Source: Candidatus Hydrogenedentota bacterium
GTDB lineage: Bacteria > Hydrogenedentota > Hydrogenedentia > Hydrogenedentales > SLHB01
Direction of reading: 5' to 3'
DNA length: 64,000 bases
NCBI GenBank assembly: GCA_963668025.2
Contig: CAXXTH010000010.1
Location: forward strand, 1,216,001 to 1,280,000
Each line of letters opens with the position of its first letter. The first letter of the stretch is position 1. Of the stretch, positions 12,776 to 23,949 are shown in pieces. Position numbers and translations under genes: made by a program. The notes beneath the pieces are model-generated. The model ran no database searches and had not been told where the DNA came from. It worked only from the letters and a program-made list of their open reading frames with translations.

Positions 12776-13050
12776 GAGAAATACTCCGAGCGTGGCGTCG
12801 ACACCGCGCGCTCCACGTAGCCTGTTGTACGAGGCGGCAGTCTCGCGGCGTGGGCAGAGGCAAGTGAACGCTTCCCCAAAATCCCGCCTTCTTGTTGTCG
12901 CAGCTTCTGTAGGTAGTATACTACTATATGGGAAAACGGTGTTTTTTTGCGAAGATACTACGTAAAACTCAAACCATATCCAATCGTTCCGAGATATGCT
13001 TTTTTATGTGCCGTTGTATGGGCGCGTTGTATGCGCCTTCTCCTTTCTCA

Positions 13051-13074
13051 CATGGGCGGGACGCCCATGCTACG
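13051..13074 (-). repeat. GTAG-type REP-like palindrome
   Basis: CATGGGCG-GGA-CGCCCATG perfect hairpin followed by CTAC (GTAG on the minus strand). Confidence 0.6.
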
Positions 13075-13103
13075 GGAGTCGTAAAGACATTTTAAAAAGA
13101 TCT

Positions 13104-13132
13104 ATTCGAGTTCATTCGCGTTCATTCGTGGT
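13104..13132. repeat. Solo arm of a triplet-unit repeat (ATTCG x3)
   Basis: ATTCGAGTTC-ATTCGCGTTC-ATTCGTGGT followed by an A-run; no partner arm found nearby. Confidence 0.55.
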
Positions 13133-13175
13133 AAAAAACTTTGTTGTGGCTACGCTGCGTTAAGTGCATGATCAG

Positions 13176-13216
13176 CAAAAATAACAGGCGGCGTCCGAAC
13201 ATCTGGAGCCGCCTGT
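13176..13216 (-). terminator. Probable rho-independent terminator of the GH106 gene
   Basis: ACAGGCGGC...GCCGCCTGT stem followed by TATTTTTG on the minus strand, ~20 nt after the stop codon. Confidence 0.65.
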
Positions 13217-14088
13217 CGTATTTATATAAAGTGGTATTAATCTGGTATTTCGAGCGGTATAACCAGTCCCGGAACCAGCCTGACGGGACCGAGCAAGCCT
13301 GATTCCAGCAGCTTGTCCTCCTTGGTCCAGTGATGCCATGTGGTGAAGGTCAGCCTGCCGGTGGGACTGGGTTTGCCTTCGAGGAGCCATTGCGGCCAGC
13401 CTTTGAGTTGTTTGCCGTCCCATTCGCGATCATCCGGCAACTGCTCATCTCCAATGAGGCGATTGGGCCATAAGTTGGTGATGCGGACTTCAAGCGAGTT
13501 CTTTCCTGGTTTGGCGAACTTGGTGATGTCCGCGCGGAATGGCGGTTTCCACCAGATGCCTAGGTCTTGGCCGTTTAATTTCACTTCCGCGATGTTCTTC
13601 ACGCGGCTCAGATCGAGTGCGAGCAATTTGCCTTCTCCCAACAAAGCAGCCGGTATATCGATCTCCTTGATGTATATTGCCGTACCAGAGAAGTACTTCA
13701 CGCCGCTCTCGGGATGTTCCGTCCATGAGATCAGGTTGTCAAGGGTGATTTGTTCGGGAGTGCCCCACCCTTTCGGGAAATTGACTGTCCATGGCCCGGT
13801 GATTTCAACTGGTTTTTCGAGTGCTGGCGCTTCTGTGGAGAAGTGCTTCCCCAAGGCCGTCGTAAGGTCGAATTTACCGGCCTCCCAGGCCTTCAACGAA
13901 ACTGCGCCAGTATCGGCAACCATCAGATTATATGTCGGAGGAATCACCTGCATGTCATTTACTGGAATCTCGATGGTATCCCCTTCTTCTACCGCCATCA
14001 CCTGAGGTTTACCATTATATACATACTCGACCTTTAATTGCTTGACATGCATGCTGGCTGGATCGCCGCCCGCCAGCGTGTTGCCAAC

Positions 14089-15458
14089 GGGTGCTCCCTC
14101 AATATGATAACCTCAATTGACCCCGTGGCGGGCCACGTGTTGCCAGAACTGGTCCCAACGGCCCTCGGTCATCTCCAGCGACCTGAGCGCGATCACCGCG
14201 CTCGCGCCCGCTTCCTTCCACCGCATCCCGGAGCATGCCAGGCGTTGCTTGATCAGCGTCTTGCACGCCGCCTCCGTCACTCCGCTGCCGATGGGAAGGC
14301 GCTCCGCCGTGTGCCGCCAGTATTGCATCTTCGAGCGGTGATTGCCGAAGTAGGTGATCGCCTTGCCGAGTTCCTCGCGGCAAGCCTGGGCGCGCACGCT
14401 TGGCAAGCTCGCCTTCATCTCCTCCAGCAAGCGTCCGGCTGCGCCCCTCGTGTGCTTCAGCCGGTGACTCCAGTCCGCCTCCCACTCCCGGCGGCGCGCG
14501 CCATGACCGTGAATCGCCTCCGCCGCCTTCCCCACGTATTCCCGCGCGTGATAGAAATCCAGCATCTGCCGGTCCGTGCGCGGCGTCAAAAACTTCCAGT
14601 TGTCCGGCGCGCCGTCGGCCAGGCCGATATACAGCGCCGCCGGGTGCCTCGCCCTCACGCGCTCCACCTCGCGGCCGAAGCGCTCGAGGAAAGTCTGCTT
14701 GCCGTACTCGGGCGATGCGCCCGCGTAGATCGTGTGCAGCCGCTCCCCGTCCTTGTCGTACAGGCTGATGGACCCGCACATCGCCTGACGCCAGCCGTCC
14801 TCCCTGAGCAGCATGCAGGTGCCGTCCAGGCCCACGGCCACCGACGCGACCGGCCTGTCCAATTCCGGCAGCTCGTACTCCCACGTCTCCTCCCTGGCCT
14901 GCGCCAGGGCGCCCACAAAATCGCCGATCTTCTTCACATAGTCGCGCGAGATTGCGCGGCCTGTCGACTCGAGCAGGTCGCGGCGCATGACATCGGCGCC
15001 CATGCGGGAGTATTTGCCGCTGACGATCCGGGCGTAGCGCGGCGTGGCGTTCATGACCATTCGCGCGTCCCGCTCCAGCGGGCAGAAGGTGCGCCCGCCC
15101 GTGGCGGTGTTCTGGTAGACGTGCCGCTCGACGCGGACCGGGCCGTGGGGCGTCTCGTAGGTCTGGCCGAAGCGCCCCTTGGTTTTGAAGGTGGTGGCGC
15201 CGACGCGGATGGGCGAGCCGTCTGTGTCGAAACGGGCCAGGGCCTCGGCCATGACTGCGCGCCCCACCCCGTTCAGGGCCTCCTGGACCGCCTCCTCCAT
15301 ATCGAGCATCGAACCACGCAGCCTCAGCGAGAAACTCACCTCGAACGTGTCGCCGTCGCGCCTTGTCACCATCGCTGCCATCGGTCTTCCTCCGTTAAGG
15401 GTCCGGCATACTTATCGACCCGACACGAGGATTTCTTTAGCATTCTGCGGGAACACCC
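14089..15458 (-). mobile_element. ISKra4-family insertion sequence, 1370 bp, with 8-bp target site duplication TTGCCAAC
   Basis: TTGCCAAC at 14081-14088 and 15459-15466. Terminal IRs GGGTGCTCCCTCAATATGATAA / GGGTGTTCCCGCAGAATGCTAA (17/22). GC visibly higher than the host gene. Confidence 0.92.
14113..15381 (-). CDS. ISKra4-family DDE transposase
   Basis: GLDGT, LADGA, LDFYHA, LPIGSGVTEAACKTLIKQRLACSGMRW. Confidence 0.9.
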   Translation of the reverse strand: MAAMVTRRDGDTFEVSFSLRLRGSMLDMEEAVQEALNGVGRAVMAEALARFDTDGSPIRVGATTFKTKGRFGQTYETPHGPVRVERHVYQNTATGGRTFCPLERDARMVMNATPRYARIVSGKYSRMGADVMRRDLLESTGRAISRDYVKKIGDFVGALAQAREETWEYELPELDRPVASVAVGLDGTCMLLREDGWRQAMCGSISLYDKDGERLHTIYAGASPEYGKQTFLERFGREVERVRARHPAALYIGLADGAPDNWKFLTPRTDRQMLDFYHAREYVGKAAEAIHGHGARRREWEADWSHRLKHTRGAAGRLLEEMKASLPSVRAQACREELGKAITYFGNHRSKMQYWRHTAERLPIGSGVTEAACKTLIKQRLACSGMRWKEAGASAVIALRSLEMTEGRWDQFWQHVARHGVN

Positions 15459-18107
15459 TTGCCAACTTTGGCAACCAGCGCGCCGTCGCGCACATGGCCC
15501 GCAATGATGGAGGTAACATCAGCGGAACCAGCGCCATCAATGGCTTCATACACTGCGCGGGTGATCTCCAGTTTGTTTGCCGGGGTTTGAGCCGCCTCTG
15601 TTGTTGTATGGGCGGCATGGATAATATGATCTTCTCCGTTTGTTTTCTTGCGGAATACGACAAAGGCGGAACCTGCTGGATCAAAATGCAACGGCACGGT
15701 GATGCGGCCATCTTGTTCCGCATACACGGGGGCCTTCTCCATTACGCCGGTATCGGCATGCCACAGCTCTGGTGCCTTTCCAGACACACGGAATGTGCAG
15801 TCTACGTCATCGCTCTGCATCTTTTGATTGGAAACGAAATAGATATCCGCGCCATCGGCAATGCGGTGGATGTAGGCGAGTTTGGTGTCATTCTGGTCAT
15901 TGGCGTATTCAAAATCGGGCTTGAGCTCCATCGTGGCAAACACTTCTTCCAGCGGTTTTCCCCAGACGATCTTGCCTTTGTCTACTTCATTCTCTTTTAC
16001 CGTGTCGCCATCGCACGCGCCCCACAGCGCACTCGCATCGGCCTTGATGTCTTCATCACACTTGGGCCAATCCTGAAGGCTGGGCGATTTTTCCGGTTTC
16101 GGGCCGATTACCGTCGCTCCGGATTCCACCAGCGACTTGATCTTCTTCAGCACCGGCGGCGTCATTGTCTTGTTTTCCGGCAGGATTAACACGGCATATT
16201 GCATGCCGCCATCCAGTATGATCCGGCCATCTTTGACGCTCATGTGGTGGAGAATCACATCAGCGTTGCACTCATCGTAGTCATATCCCTTCGGCAACGC
16301 AGGTTTTAGATCCTCCAGGAATGTGTACGGGGCGTCTTCCCCATAATAATAGAGGGCATCAGCGGCGAACCGGCCGGATTGCAGCATAAACTGGCTCCGG
16401 GCGATGTATTGGAGCCAGGCGCGCCCTTGATTCCACCAGGTATTGGTGCGGTCAAAATGAAAGCCCCATTGCCCCATGGTCATTCCGGGATAGCGGTCCA
16501 GCCACGGCTGCATGGCGTAGCGGTGGAAGATATAGCGGTTCAATCCCGTACACCACATTAAGTCGCCCAGGCGTTTGAAGGAATACGGGTCATTCTGCCA
16601 GCGTCCTTCAGATGGGCCAGCGGTGAACGATTCCGCGCCCACGAGGTTCTGTCCATATACATGCGCGATGGAGGCCGCCAGTTTGACCGAAACATGCCCA
16701 TTAGTGCCCGTCCAGAATTCCCCCATGACCACGTCGGCTGGTGCGCCGCACTGGATGGATTCAAACGGCCCGTCATACGGCTCGATGGACATCTTCAGGC
16801 CTTTTTCATGGGCCAATTCCGTAAAAAATCCGTAGTAATTGTCCGCATACAGATCCGCGATGGTGCGGCGCAGATCCCATAAGAAACGCTCCGTGGCTTC
16901 CGGACTCTCCACGACATGCCCCGCAAATGTGGGCATAAATGTGAACAGGTCATAGCCGCGCCGTTTTTGGAACTCTTCGCGGAAAGCCGGAGTCCAGTTC
17001 TGAGGCCCCACCTCGTAACTATCGATCAGCACATTATCCACCGATGTGCCCGCCAGCGGGCCGATGTCATCCAGCACGGGCTTCATCATGCCATCCCAAT
17101 GCGCTTGGGCCGCTTCCCGGCTCATTTTGTCGCATTCGGGTCCAGTGCCCTCCTCGGGAGCGGGATGGTTCGTCTTTCCGGATGGTGTATGGCCGATACG
17201 TAGAATGGTCCACTCGCCTTCGGGCGCGTCCCACTCGAGCCGGCCATCGGATTGCAGCCTTGCCGTAAGGTCTATAATTCCTCCGCGATCAACTACTTGA
17301 TCCGCTGGCACTGCGGGATTATCTCCCACGGTGAGTAGCTGGCGATCATACCCCGCTTTGCCTTTCAGATTATCAATCTGCATACCGCCGTTAGCCGGTG
17401 TTTTGAAAGCCAGCACGGCGATATCCCGATAAAATCCCAAGTGCGTCTCCGGCTGAGGCAGCACTGCTGAAAAATGCTCCGGGCCTTTTGCTTGGATTTC
17501 CGTCGTGACCACCAACTGCATGGCATGTTCAGGGGTGTTCCAGGGGCCGCCGCTGCTGGACCATCCGGGGCAGTTATGGATGCACAGCTTGATGCCGAGT
17601 CGGTCCGCCTCGATGGCCGCATGCTTAATCATTTCCCGCCACTCGGGGCTCATCACCTTCACGGGGCCCGCGGGAATTTCGCAGTCCACATTGAAGATCT
17701 GCGCTTCACCCACGCCCACGCGCTGCATGGCCTCCAGGTCGGCGGTGATGCCTTCCTTGGTGATATTGCCATTCATCCAGTGCCACCAGGTACTAGGTTT
17801 AGCCGAAGCGGGCGGCGAAGCGAATCCCTCTTCCAGCGTATCCGCTACAATGGCCTGCTGGGGCAGTAAAAATGCACACAATAAGAGCGCGGAAATAACC
17901 GATATACGCCTCATCATGCTTCCCCTTATTTTGTTCAAGAACTTGGGATGAGCAAGCTCTTCGCCAAATTAACATCAATGGCATGAATCTAAGCACTGGC
18001 CTGTATATATTCCTTATACTCCCATGCTGGGCAGCCGTCAAGAATAGTCTGAGTTTTCCAAAGGTTGTTTTCATTCATCACGGGAACACGGAGAAACGCA
18101 TACCGCA

Positions 18108-18167
18108 TCTCTCTGTGGTGAATTGATCCGGATCTTTCACCACAGAGGCACAGAGGACCACAGAGAG
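18108..18167. repeat. Second copy of the CACAGAG triplet arm, abutting a partial opposite arm
   Basis: CTCTGTGGTGAA-TTGATCCGGATCT-TTCACCACAGAGGCACAGAGGACCACAGAGAG; near-identical to the 10407-10445 arm, including the preceding GGATCT. Confidence 0.85.
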
Positions 18168-18300
18168 TAAATCGGATTAATTATAAGTTAATAGTATTAT
18201 ATTTGTCATTACATTCTGCTATTTCCTCAAGCTTTAACACGGGACCACGTTCGCGCTACCATCGGCTTCTGCATGGCTGAACCAAACAGGAGGCAAGTAT

Positions 18301-19665
18301 ATGGCGAATGATAGGGTGTTGCGGGTGGCTATCGTGGGCAGCGGCCCGAGTGGATTTTACGCGGCGGAGGCGTTGTTCAAGGCGGATGCGCGTACGCGGG
18401 TGGATATGTTCGAGCGCCTGCCCACTCCTTATGGGCTTGTGCGCGGCGGTGTCGCGCCGGATCATCCGAAAATCAAGAGCGTCACACGGGTATTCGACCG
18501 CATCGCCGCCCATGAAAACTTTGCTTTCTTGGGGAATGTCACTGTGGGCCGCGACATCTCTGTTGAAGAGCTAATCCGGCATTATGACGCCATCATATTT
18601 GCATGCGGCGCGGAGGCGGACCGCCGGCTAGGCATTCCCGGCGAAGACTTGCCTGGCAGCCACACGGCCACCGAGTTTGTCGCTTGGTATAACGGCCATC
18701 CGGATTACCGCAACCGCATGTTCGATTTATCTGCTGAAACGGCCATTGTGGTGGGACAAGGCAATGTGGCCATGGATGTCTGCCGCATATTAGCGAAGAC
18801 ACCCGATGAACTGCGTCATACGGATATGGCCGCCCATGCCTTCGAGTTTTTGGCGGAAAGCCGTGTGCGGGAGATCATCCTTGTGGGGCGTCGAGGTCCG
18901 GTGCAGGCAAAATTTACAACGCCCGAGATCCGTGAAATGGGCGCTTTAGCGGATTGCGCGCCCATGGTGGACCCAGCGGAGCTGGCGCTCGATGAAATGA
19001 GCCGTGCGGAACTAGAGGATCCTTCCAACAAACATAGTCCGAAGAACATGGCCGTGCTCGATGAATTTGCCGCCCGAGCGCTTGGCGGCTCATCTAGATG
19101 CTTCCGGATCCGCTTCTTACTTAGCCCCACCGAATTGAAGGGCGGGGAACGCGTCGAATCGGTCCTCTTCGAGCGCAACAGGCTCGAAGGCCAGCCGTTC
19201 GCGTTATCGAGCCGGGGAATGGGAGTTTTCGAGGAAATACCCTGCGGCTTGTTCTTTCGTAGTGTGGGATATCGCGGCGTGCCTATTCCCGGAGTGCCGT
19301 TCGATGAACGGCGCGGGGTGTTTCCCAATCGCAACGGGCGTATTTTGGGCAACGGCGGGCCCGTTCCGCGTCTCTATGCTACGGGGTGGATCAAGCGCGG
19401 CCCTTCCGGGATTATTGGCACGAACAAACCCGATAGCGTGGAGACCGTCGAGGCTTTGCGGGCCGATATGGCGGAGACACCACCTTGTGAAGCGCCTGAT
19501 ACTTCTTTGGTTCACGAATTGCTCGCGTCGCGCGGCGTACGGGTGGTGTCCTTTGCGGATTGGCAAAAAATCGCCACTGCGGAAATAGCGCGTGGGGCTA
19601 AGGCGGAAAAGCCGCTCGAGAAATTCGTATCCGTTGAAGAAATGCTGTCCGTGCTGGATACATAG
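18301..19665 (+). CDS. Ferredoxin--NADP+ reductase (adrenodoxin reductase/FprA-like)
   Basis: GSGPSG FAD motif, [35 protein letters not shown]. Confidence 0.92.
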   Translation: MANDRVLRVAIVGSGPSGFYAAEALFKADARTRVDMFERLPTPYGLVRGGVAPDHPKIKSVTRVFDRIAAHENFAFLGNVTVGRDISVEELIRHYDAIIFACGAEADRRLGIPGEDLPGSHTATEFVAWYNGHPDYRNRMFDLSAETAIVVGQGNVAMDVCRILAKTPDELRHTDMAAHAFEFLAESRVREIILVGRRGPVQAKFTTPEIREMGALADCAPMVDPAELALDEMSRAELEDPSNKHSPKNMAVLDEFAARALGGSSRCFRIRFLLSPTELKGGERVESVLFERNRLEGQPFALSSRGMGVFEEIPCGLFFRSVGYRGVPIPGVPFDERRGVFPNRNGRILGNGGPVPRLYATGWIKRGPSGIIGTNKPDSVETVEALRADMAETPPCEAPDTSLVHELLASRGVRVVSFADWQKIATAEIARGAKAEKPLEKFVSVEEMLSVLDT

Positions 19666-19691
19666 GCCTCTGCTCGTGTGCGAACCACGAG

Positions 19692-19760
19692 AACGTCGTT
19701 CCCGTGAAAGGGGGAATCAGAGAAAAAGCCTTGGACTTCCGTTTTCGCCGGGATGACGTT
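19692..19760. repeat. REP-like inverted repeat (TTCCC-N8-GGGAAT type)
   Basis: AACGTCGTTCCCGTGAAAGGGGGAATC ... GACTTCCGTTTTCGCCGGGATGACGTT. Confidence 0.65.
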
Positions 19761-20119
19761 GCGCTAGTGTATTGGCACGATTGACAACCGCTCGCCATAA
19801 AAAGGGCCAAAGAAAACCTTGTGCCTTATCCGGCCATGATCTACCCTCGGCCATGATCAATCCTCTTGCTTTTTGCGAACGAATACTGTATATATTTTTA
19901 GTGCCAGGGAAGCCGTGGCAAGATATTTTGCAGCAAAATAGAGGCATAAAGGAAAAAGCGGGGAGGGCCGCGCTCCGTCGCGGTTGTGTACAGACATATG
20001 AACCCGGGATGCGCCCCGTTCTTCCTAATATCATATGGCCATCTACGAAATGGTGGGGCAAGCGCCGCCCTGCAGCTCGTGTTTTTGAGGTCTGAGCGAA
20101 TTTCGGAGACGAAACACCG

Positions 20120-20884
20120 ATGGACGCGCTTTGGTCGATTGCCGGAGGGGTAGTTTTATTCCTTTTTATTCGGTGGGTTATCGATGTTTACCGGCATCGG
20201 GACCCGCTTGATGAGTTCGAGATTTTGAGATTATCTCGGAAGCGGCAACGCAGCCGAGCCTTTGCCAAGTATGATTTCTCCACGGAATCCCAGGTTGCAG
20301 ATCCGGCCGAGAAGAAAGCAATGAAAAGCCAGGGAGAATTCATGCGGTGTGACCTAGATTACCGAAGTGCGCCAGCCCGTATCGCCGGCCTTCTGAAATA
20401 CAAGAAACATGAATGGGTCGTGTTTGGATTCATCCGGGATCACCGAGTAGTACAACTCTGGTGGAATAAGGGACCAGATGGAACCTGTGTTCGCTCATTC
20501 CTGCGTGACCACCAGCTACGAGGCGCCATATGGATTATCCGACCAGACTGTATCGCTATTTTCCACAATCACCCGAACTCCAATCCCTCAGTTTATCGGA
20601 CGAATGCTCCAAGCAAAACCGATCTGCGATCCGCTGGACTCTATGATGGAGAGTTTTCTCAAATAGGCGTGACTCTTCTCGAATTCATCTGTGAGCGTGG
20701 CATTCCTCATATTTACTATGCAAGTTTCAGAGATGATGTTGCTCCAATCCAACCAATCATAGAAGAGATTCGGAAGGTGAATGGAACCGGAATCTTTAAG
20801 AACTACTCATTGCGAAAGGAACTAAAACAGACAACGGGAGCGGATCGAATTCCTGGAAGCGTTAGTGCAAACGTTACACTGTAG
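20120..20884 (+). CDS. Hypothetical protein: N-terminal TM helix plus JAB/MPN (RadC-like) metal-binding motif
   Basis: E(W)...IFHNHPNSN...PSKTDL matches E-x(n)-HxH-x(n)-S-xx-D; GGAG RBS. Confidence 0.6.
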   Translation: MDALWSIAGGVVLFLFIRWVIDVYRHRDPLDEFEILRLSRKRQRSRAFAKYDFSTESQVADPAEKKAMKSQGEFMRCDLDYRSAPARIAGLLKYKKHEWVVFGFIRDHRVVQLWWNKGPDGTCVRSFLRDHQLRGAIWIIRPDCIAIFHNHPNSNPSVYRTNAPSKTDLRSAGLYDGEFSQIGVTLLEFICERGIPHIYYASFRDDVAPIQPIIEEIRKVNGTGIFKNYSLRKELKQTTGADRIPGSVSANVTL

Positions 20885-21215
20885 CTATATATAGCTACCT
20901 GACAAACTCTGCTTAATCGCTATCCTTGCGATAGTGGGGATCCAAGGAAAACGCCGAGGACTCCCGATTTTACAAGAATGTATTTGTGATAGTGTATTGG
21001 TATTAATGAGAATTGCTCGCTATACAAAAGCGCGGGAGACGCAAGCGAGAACCTTATGTCTCTAACGCCTCTTGTGCCATGATGAAGCCTGATGAAGCCT
21101 CTTGCTTTTTACGGGAAAATACTGTATATTTTTTTAGGTGCGCATAAATCGGGTAAAATGGTATTTTCTTTCGAAGGTGTGTTGGTCTAACCAAAAAAAA
21201 GAGGGGAGTTTGAGT

Positions 21216-23753
21216 ATGGTAGTACGAACGAAGACACTTTTTGCTGTGGCAATGCTGTGCTGTATCGCGGGCGCTTGGGCATATGGCGCCGGTGAGGACA
21301 CCACGGCGTATGACATTCCTAAATTGGACGGCATCCGCATCGACGGAAATGCCAGTGATTGGGGCGAACAAGGTTTCCGCGTGGACCTGATGGCGGATGC
21401 GGAAGGAAACACGAGGCAGGAACAAGACTTTAATGTGCGGTTCCGGCTGGGATGGAATGCCAAGGGCCTTTTGGTGTTAGCGGCCATACAAGATGATGTA
21501 TTCGTCGAATCCGGCAATATGAAACAGCTTTGGGAGGGAGACGGGATTGAATTTTATGCCGCCCTAAGTAAAGGTTCAGCCGAGTATTACCATGCCCAAA
21601 TTGCTCCGGGGATGGATAACAAGTGCAAAAAGCTTCGGCAGTACATTGAGGATTACCGAAAGAGCAAAGCCGAAATGAAAAAGCTCTCCATCCAGGCAGT
21701 CCGGATAAAGACCGAGCACGGGTACCTTATCGAGACGTTGTTGCCTTGGAGCAATCTGGGCATCACTCCCGCCATGGGAACCGAAGTGGGCCTGCAAGTC
21801 TGCGCCAACGATTACGACGCAGATAAAATCCGGACACTCTTGTTATGGTATCCCAAGACCGACACATACCAAGATTCCTCTCGGATGTATGCCCTACGGC
21901 TGGCGGAAAAGCCCAGCCCAAGCCCATTTCAGGCGGCGGCGCATGTGGATTGCAGCGAGGGTGATATTAATGTTCGTATCAATGCGGTGAAAGAGCTTGC
22001 GGGAAGCAAAGCGGTTATCCGTACTAATGAACGTGAGTTAGGCGCTGGAACATTGATGCTGAATGAAACCCGTGCAACGGCTGGCATTGTGTTCCCATTT
22101 CCTGCACTCGGAACCACCTATGGCACCCTTTCCGTTGCTATTGAAGGGCAGCCGGCGCTGGCGCTGGAGGCGCCCGAATCATTTGACGAACTGCGCGCGA
22201 AATTGCTGACGGAGCAGAATTTCTGTTTTGCACCGGGTGTGTTCAGCGGTGAAGAGTTCCCCAAGTGCGATTTTGAAAAGAAGGGGATCGCCAGGGCGCT
22301 GCTTGGCGCTTACACCATTAAGACGACCTTCTACGACAACGCCTACAATGAAGTGAAGGCCGCCGCCAGCCCAGGGCGATATGCGGCGGTGTGCGAGATT
22401 ATCCCCGAAAAAGGCCAGCCGATCCGGCGTTTCCGGACCTTGCTGCGGACGCCGGAAGCGATTGATGGATTCAAATGGTGGCGCACGGATATGCCCGCGG
22501 CTGTCTCACTTCCAAAGGAGTTGGGCATCAGCAAGGCCGCGCTGGATGCGAACCAGAAAGCATTCAGTGAGTACGTCAAATGGCGTATCGAAGATTCGAC
22601 TTGGCGCGATCCCATGGCGGTCGATTTGTTCGCGGCGTTGTTTGAACAATCGAAAGCGGGCACATCGGTCCAGCCGGACTACGCGCCACTGGAAAGCCGC
22701 CAATGGTGGGTGGGCCTCAAACGCAAACTATATGGAACCGCCGAATTATATCCCAATCCGTTCATCGCGCCGCGCCCCATTGAAGGCGCACCTGCGCCCG
22801 TGCTGCATGAAGGCAGTGAGGCCGATGCGGGCATGAAATCCGGCACGGTAGCCAAGCTGGATAAAGTCTGTGAAGACTGGGCCGCGAACAGCGAGGAAGC
22901 TTTTGCCGTATTCCTGGTGCGCCATGGCGTAGTGTTTTACCATAAAGCCTTCGGCATGCGCGATGGCAAGCCCATGACTGTGGATACGCCGAGTTGGATG
23001 GCTTCCATCACCAAGACCATGTCCGCAAGCCTGATGATGATGCTGGTGGATCAAGGCTTGGTGAGCCTGGATGATCCGGTGGATAAGTTCCTTCCGCCAT
23101 TCCGGGGAATCACGGTCGAGAAACCGCTGACAGTGCATCATCTGTATACGCACACCAATGGCCTTTGGGGGCATTGGGGTGATGACCTAAACGATTTCGA
23201 GGAAGTATTGGCGGGCTATTACCCATATCTTCCCGTAGGCAAACAACATATGTACAACGGTGCAGGCAACAGCTTGGGCAGCAAGATCGTCGAGGCCGTG
23301 AGCGGAGAATCTCTTCCGTTGTTTTACAAGCATCATCTGCTCGATCCGCTGGGATGCACGCATACAAAAGTGGATGATTCCAGCGGCGGGTCGGATAGCA
23401 CGCCAATGGACATCGCCAGGATCGGCCAAATGCTGCTCAACAAGGGTGCATATGGGGATAAACGTTTCTTCAGCGAAGACACATATAAGCAAATGCTGCC
23501 CCAAAAACTCACCCAATTGCTTGGACCAGACACGTCAATCGTATGGGGTATGGGCCTCATCCCATGTGGCAAAGAGAATCCTGAGGGACCAAATCTAAGT
23601 GATGAAGCCTTCGGACACGGCGCGGCTTCAGCGGCCATTTTCTGCGTTGACCCTGTGAATGACTTAGTCGTAGTGATGACACGCGATTCGATGGGAAAAG
23701 CATACCCAGAACACCGCGCCCAATTCTTCAAAATCATTGCGGAAGGATTCTAA
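21216..23753 (+). CDS. Secreted serine hydrolase (beta-lactamase fold) with N-terminal CBM9-like sugar-binding domain
   Basis: Signal peptide; IRIDGNASDW..GWN..L.V...IQDD...WEGDGIEF (CBM9-like); SxxK (ASITK), LYTHTNG, YNG, FGHGA. Confidence 0.8.
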   Translation: MVVRTKTLFAVAMLCCIAGAWAYGAGEDTTAYDIPKLDGIRIDGNASDWGEQGFRVDLMADAEGNTRQEQDFNVRFRLGWNAKGLLVLAAIQDDVFVESGNMKQLWEGDGIEFYAALSKGSAEYYHAQIAPGMDNKCKKLRQYIEDYRKSKAEMKKLSIQAVRIKTEHGYLIETLLPWSNLGITPAMGTEVGLQVCANDYDADKIRTLLLWYPKTDTYQDSSRMYALRLAEKPSPSPFQAAAHVDCSEGDINVRINAVKELAGSKAVIRTNERELGAGTLMLNETRATAGIVFPFPALGTTYGTLSVAIEGQPALALEAPESFDELRAKLLTEQNFCFAPGVFSGEEFPKCDFEKKGIARALLGAYTIKTTFYDNAYNEVKAAASPGRYAAVCEIIPEKGQPIRRFRTLLRTPEAIDGFKWWRTDMPAAVSLPKELGISKAALDANQKAFSEYVKWRIEDSTWRDPMAVDLFAALFEQSKAGTSVQPDYAPLESRQWWVGLKRKLYGTAELYPNPFIAPRPIEGAPAPVLHEGSEADAGMKSGTVAKLDKVCEDWAANSEEAFAVFLVRHGVVFYHKAFGMRDGKPMTVDTPSWMASITKTMSASLMMMLVDQGLVSLDDPVDKFLPPFRGITVEKPLTVHHLYTHTNGLWGHWGDDLNDFEEVLAGYYPYLPVGKQHMYNGAGNSLGSKIVEAVSGESLPLFYKHHLLDPLGCTHTKVDDSSGGSDSTPMDIARIGQMLLNKGAYGDKRFFSEDTYKQMLPQKLTQLLGPDTSIVWGMGLIPCGKENPEGPNLSDEAFGHGAASAAIFCVDPVNDLVVVMTRDSMGKAYPEHRAQFFKIIAEGF

Positions 23754-23765
23754 GCGTTTTAAGGC

Positions 23766-23799
23766 CGCAAGGCCTCTCTGCAAAGGGAGGCCTTGTGGC
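23766..23799 (+). terminator. Stem-loop after the serine hydrolase gene
   Basis: CAAGGCCTCTC-TGCAAA-GGGAGGCCTTG hairpin shortly after the stop codon; U-tract is weak or delayed. Confidence 0.5.
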
Positions 23800-23949
23800 A
23801 ACTTCACGTTTTTTCGGATGATATCATTAACGTCTAGATGAGCATCCACAAGATCATTGAAAACAAAACGCCATCATGGTAACTTTTAGGCCATGTATAG
23901 CGCTCAGGCCAGAATACGCCACGAATAGCCAAGGAGTTATCCAAAGCAT

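Larger units (their letters stand above)
13237..17917 (-). pseudogene. GH106-like alpha-L-rhamnosidase (glycosyl hydrolase) interrupted by an ISKra4-family IS
   Basis: Signal peptide; KPSTWWHWMNGNITKEGITADLEAM, HNCPGWSSSGGPW, IDSYE, GAESFT, C-terminal ITNLWPNRLIGD. Removing 14089-15458 plus one TSD joins ...AKVG-NTLAGGDPASMHVKQ in frame (1100 aa). Confidence 0.88.

Noticed and set aside
13237-14052. Independent 271-aa gene
   Set aside because: It is the in-frame C-terminal part of the IS-interrupted GH106-like gene.
14038-15507. 489-aa plus-strand ORF and other long ORFs over the IS
   Set aside because: Antisense or alternate-frame shadows of the GC-rich transposase, with no recognisable motifs.
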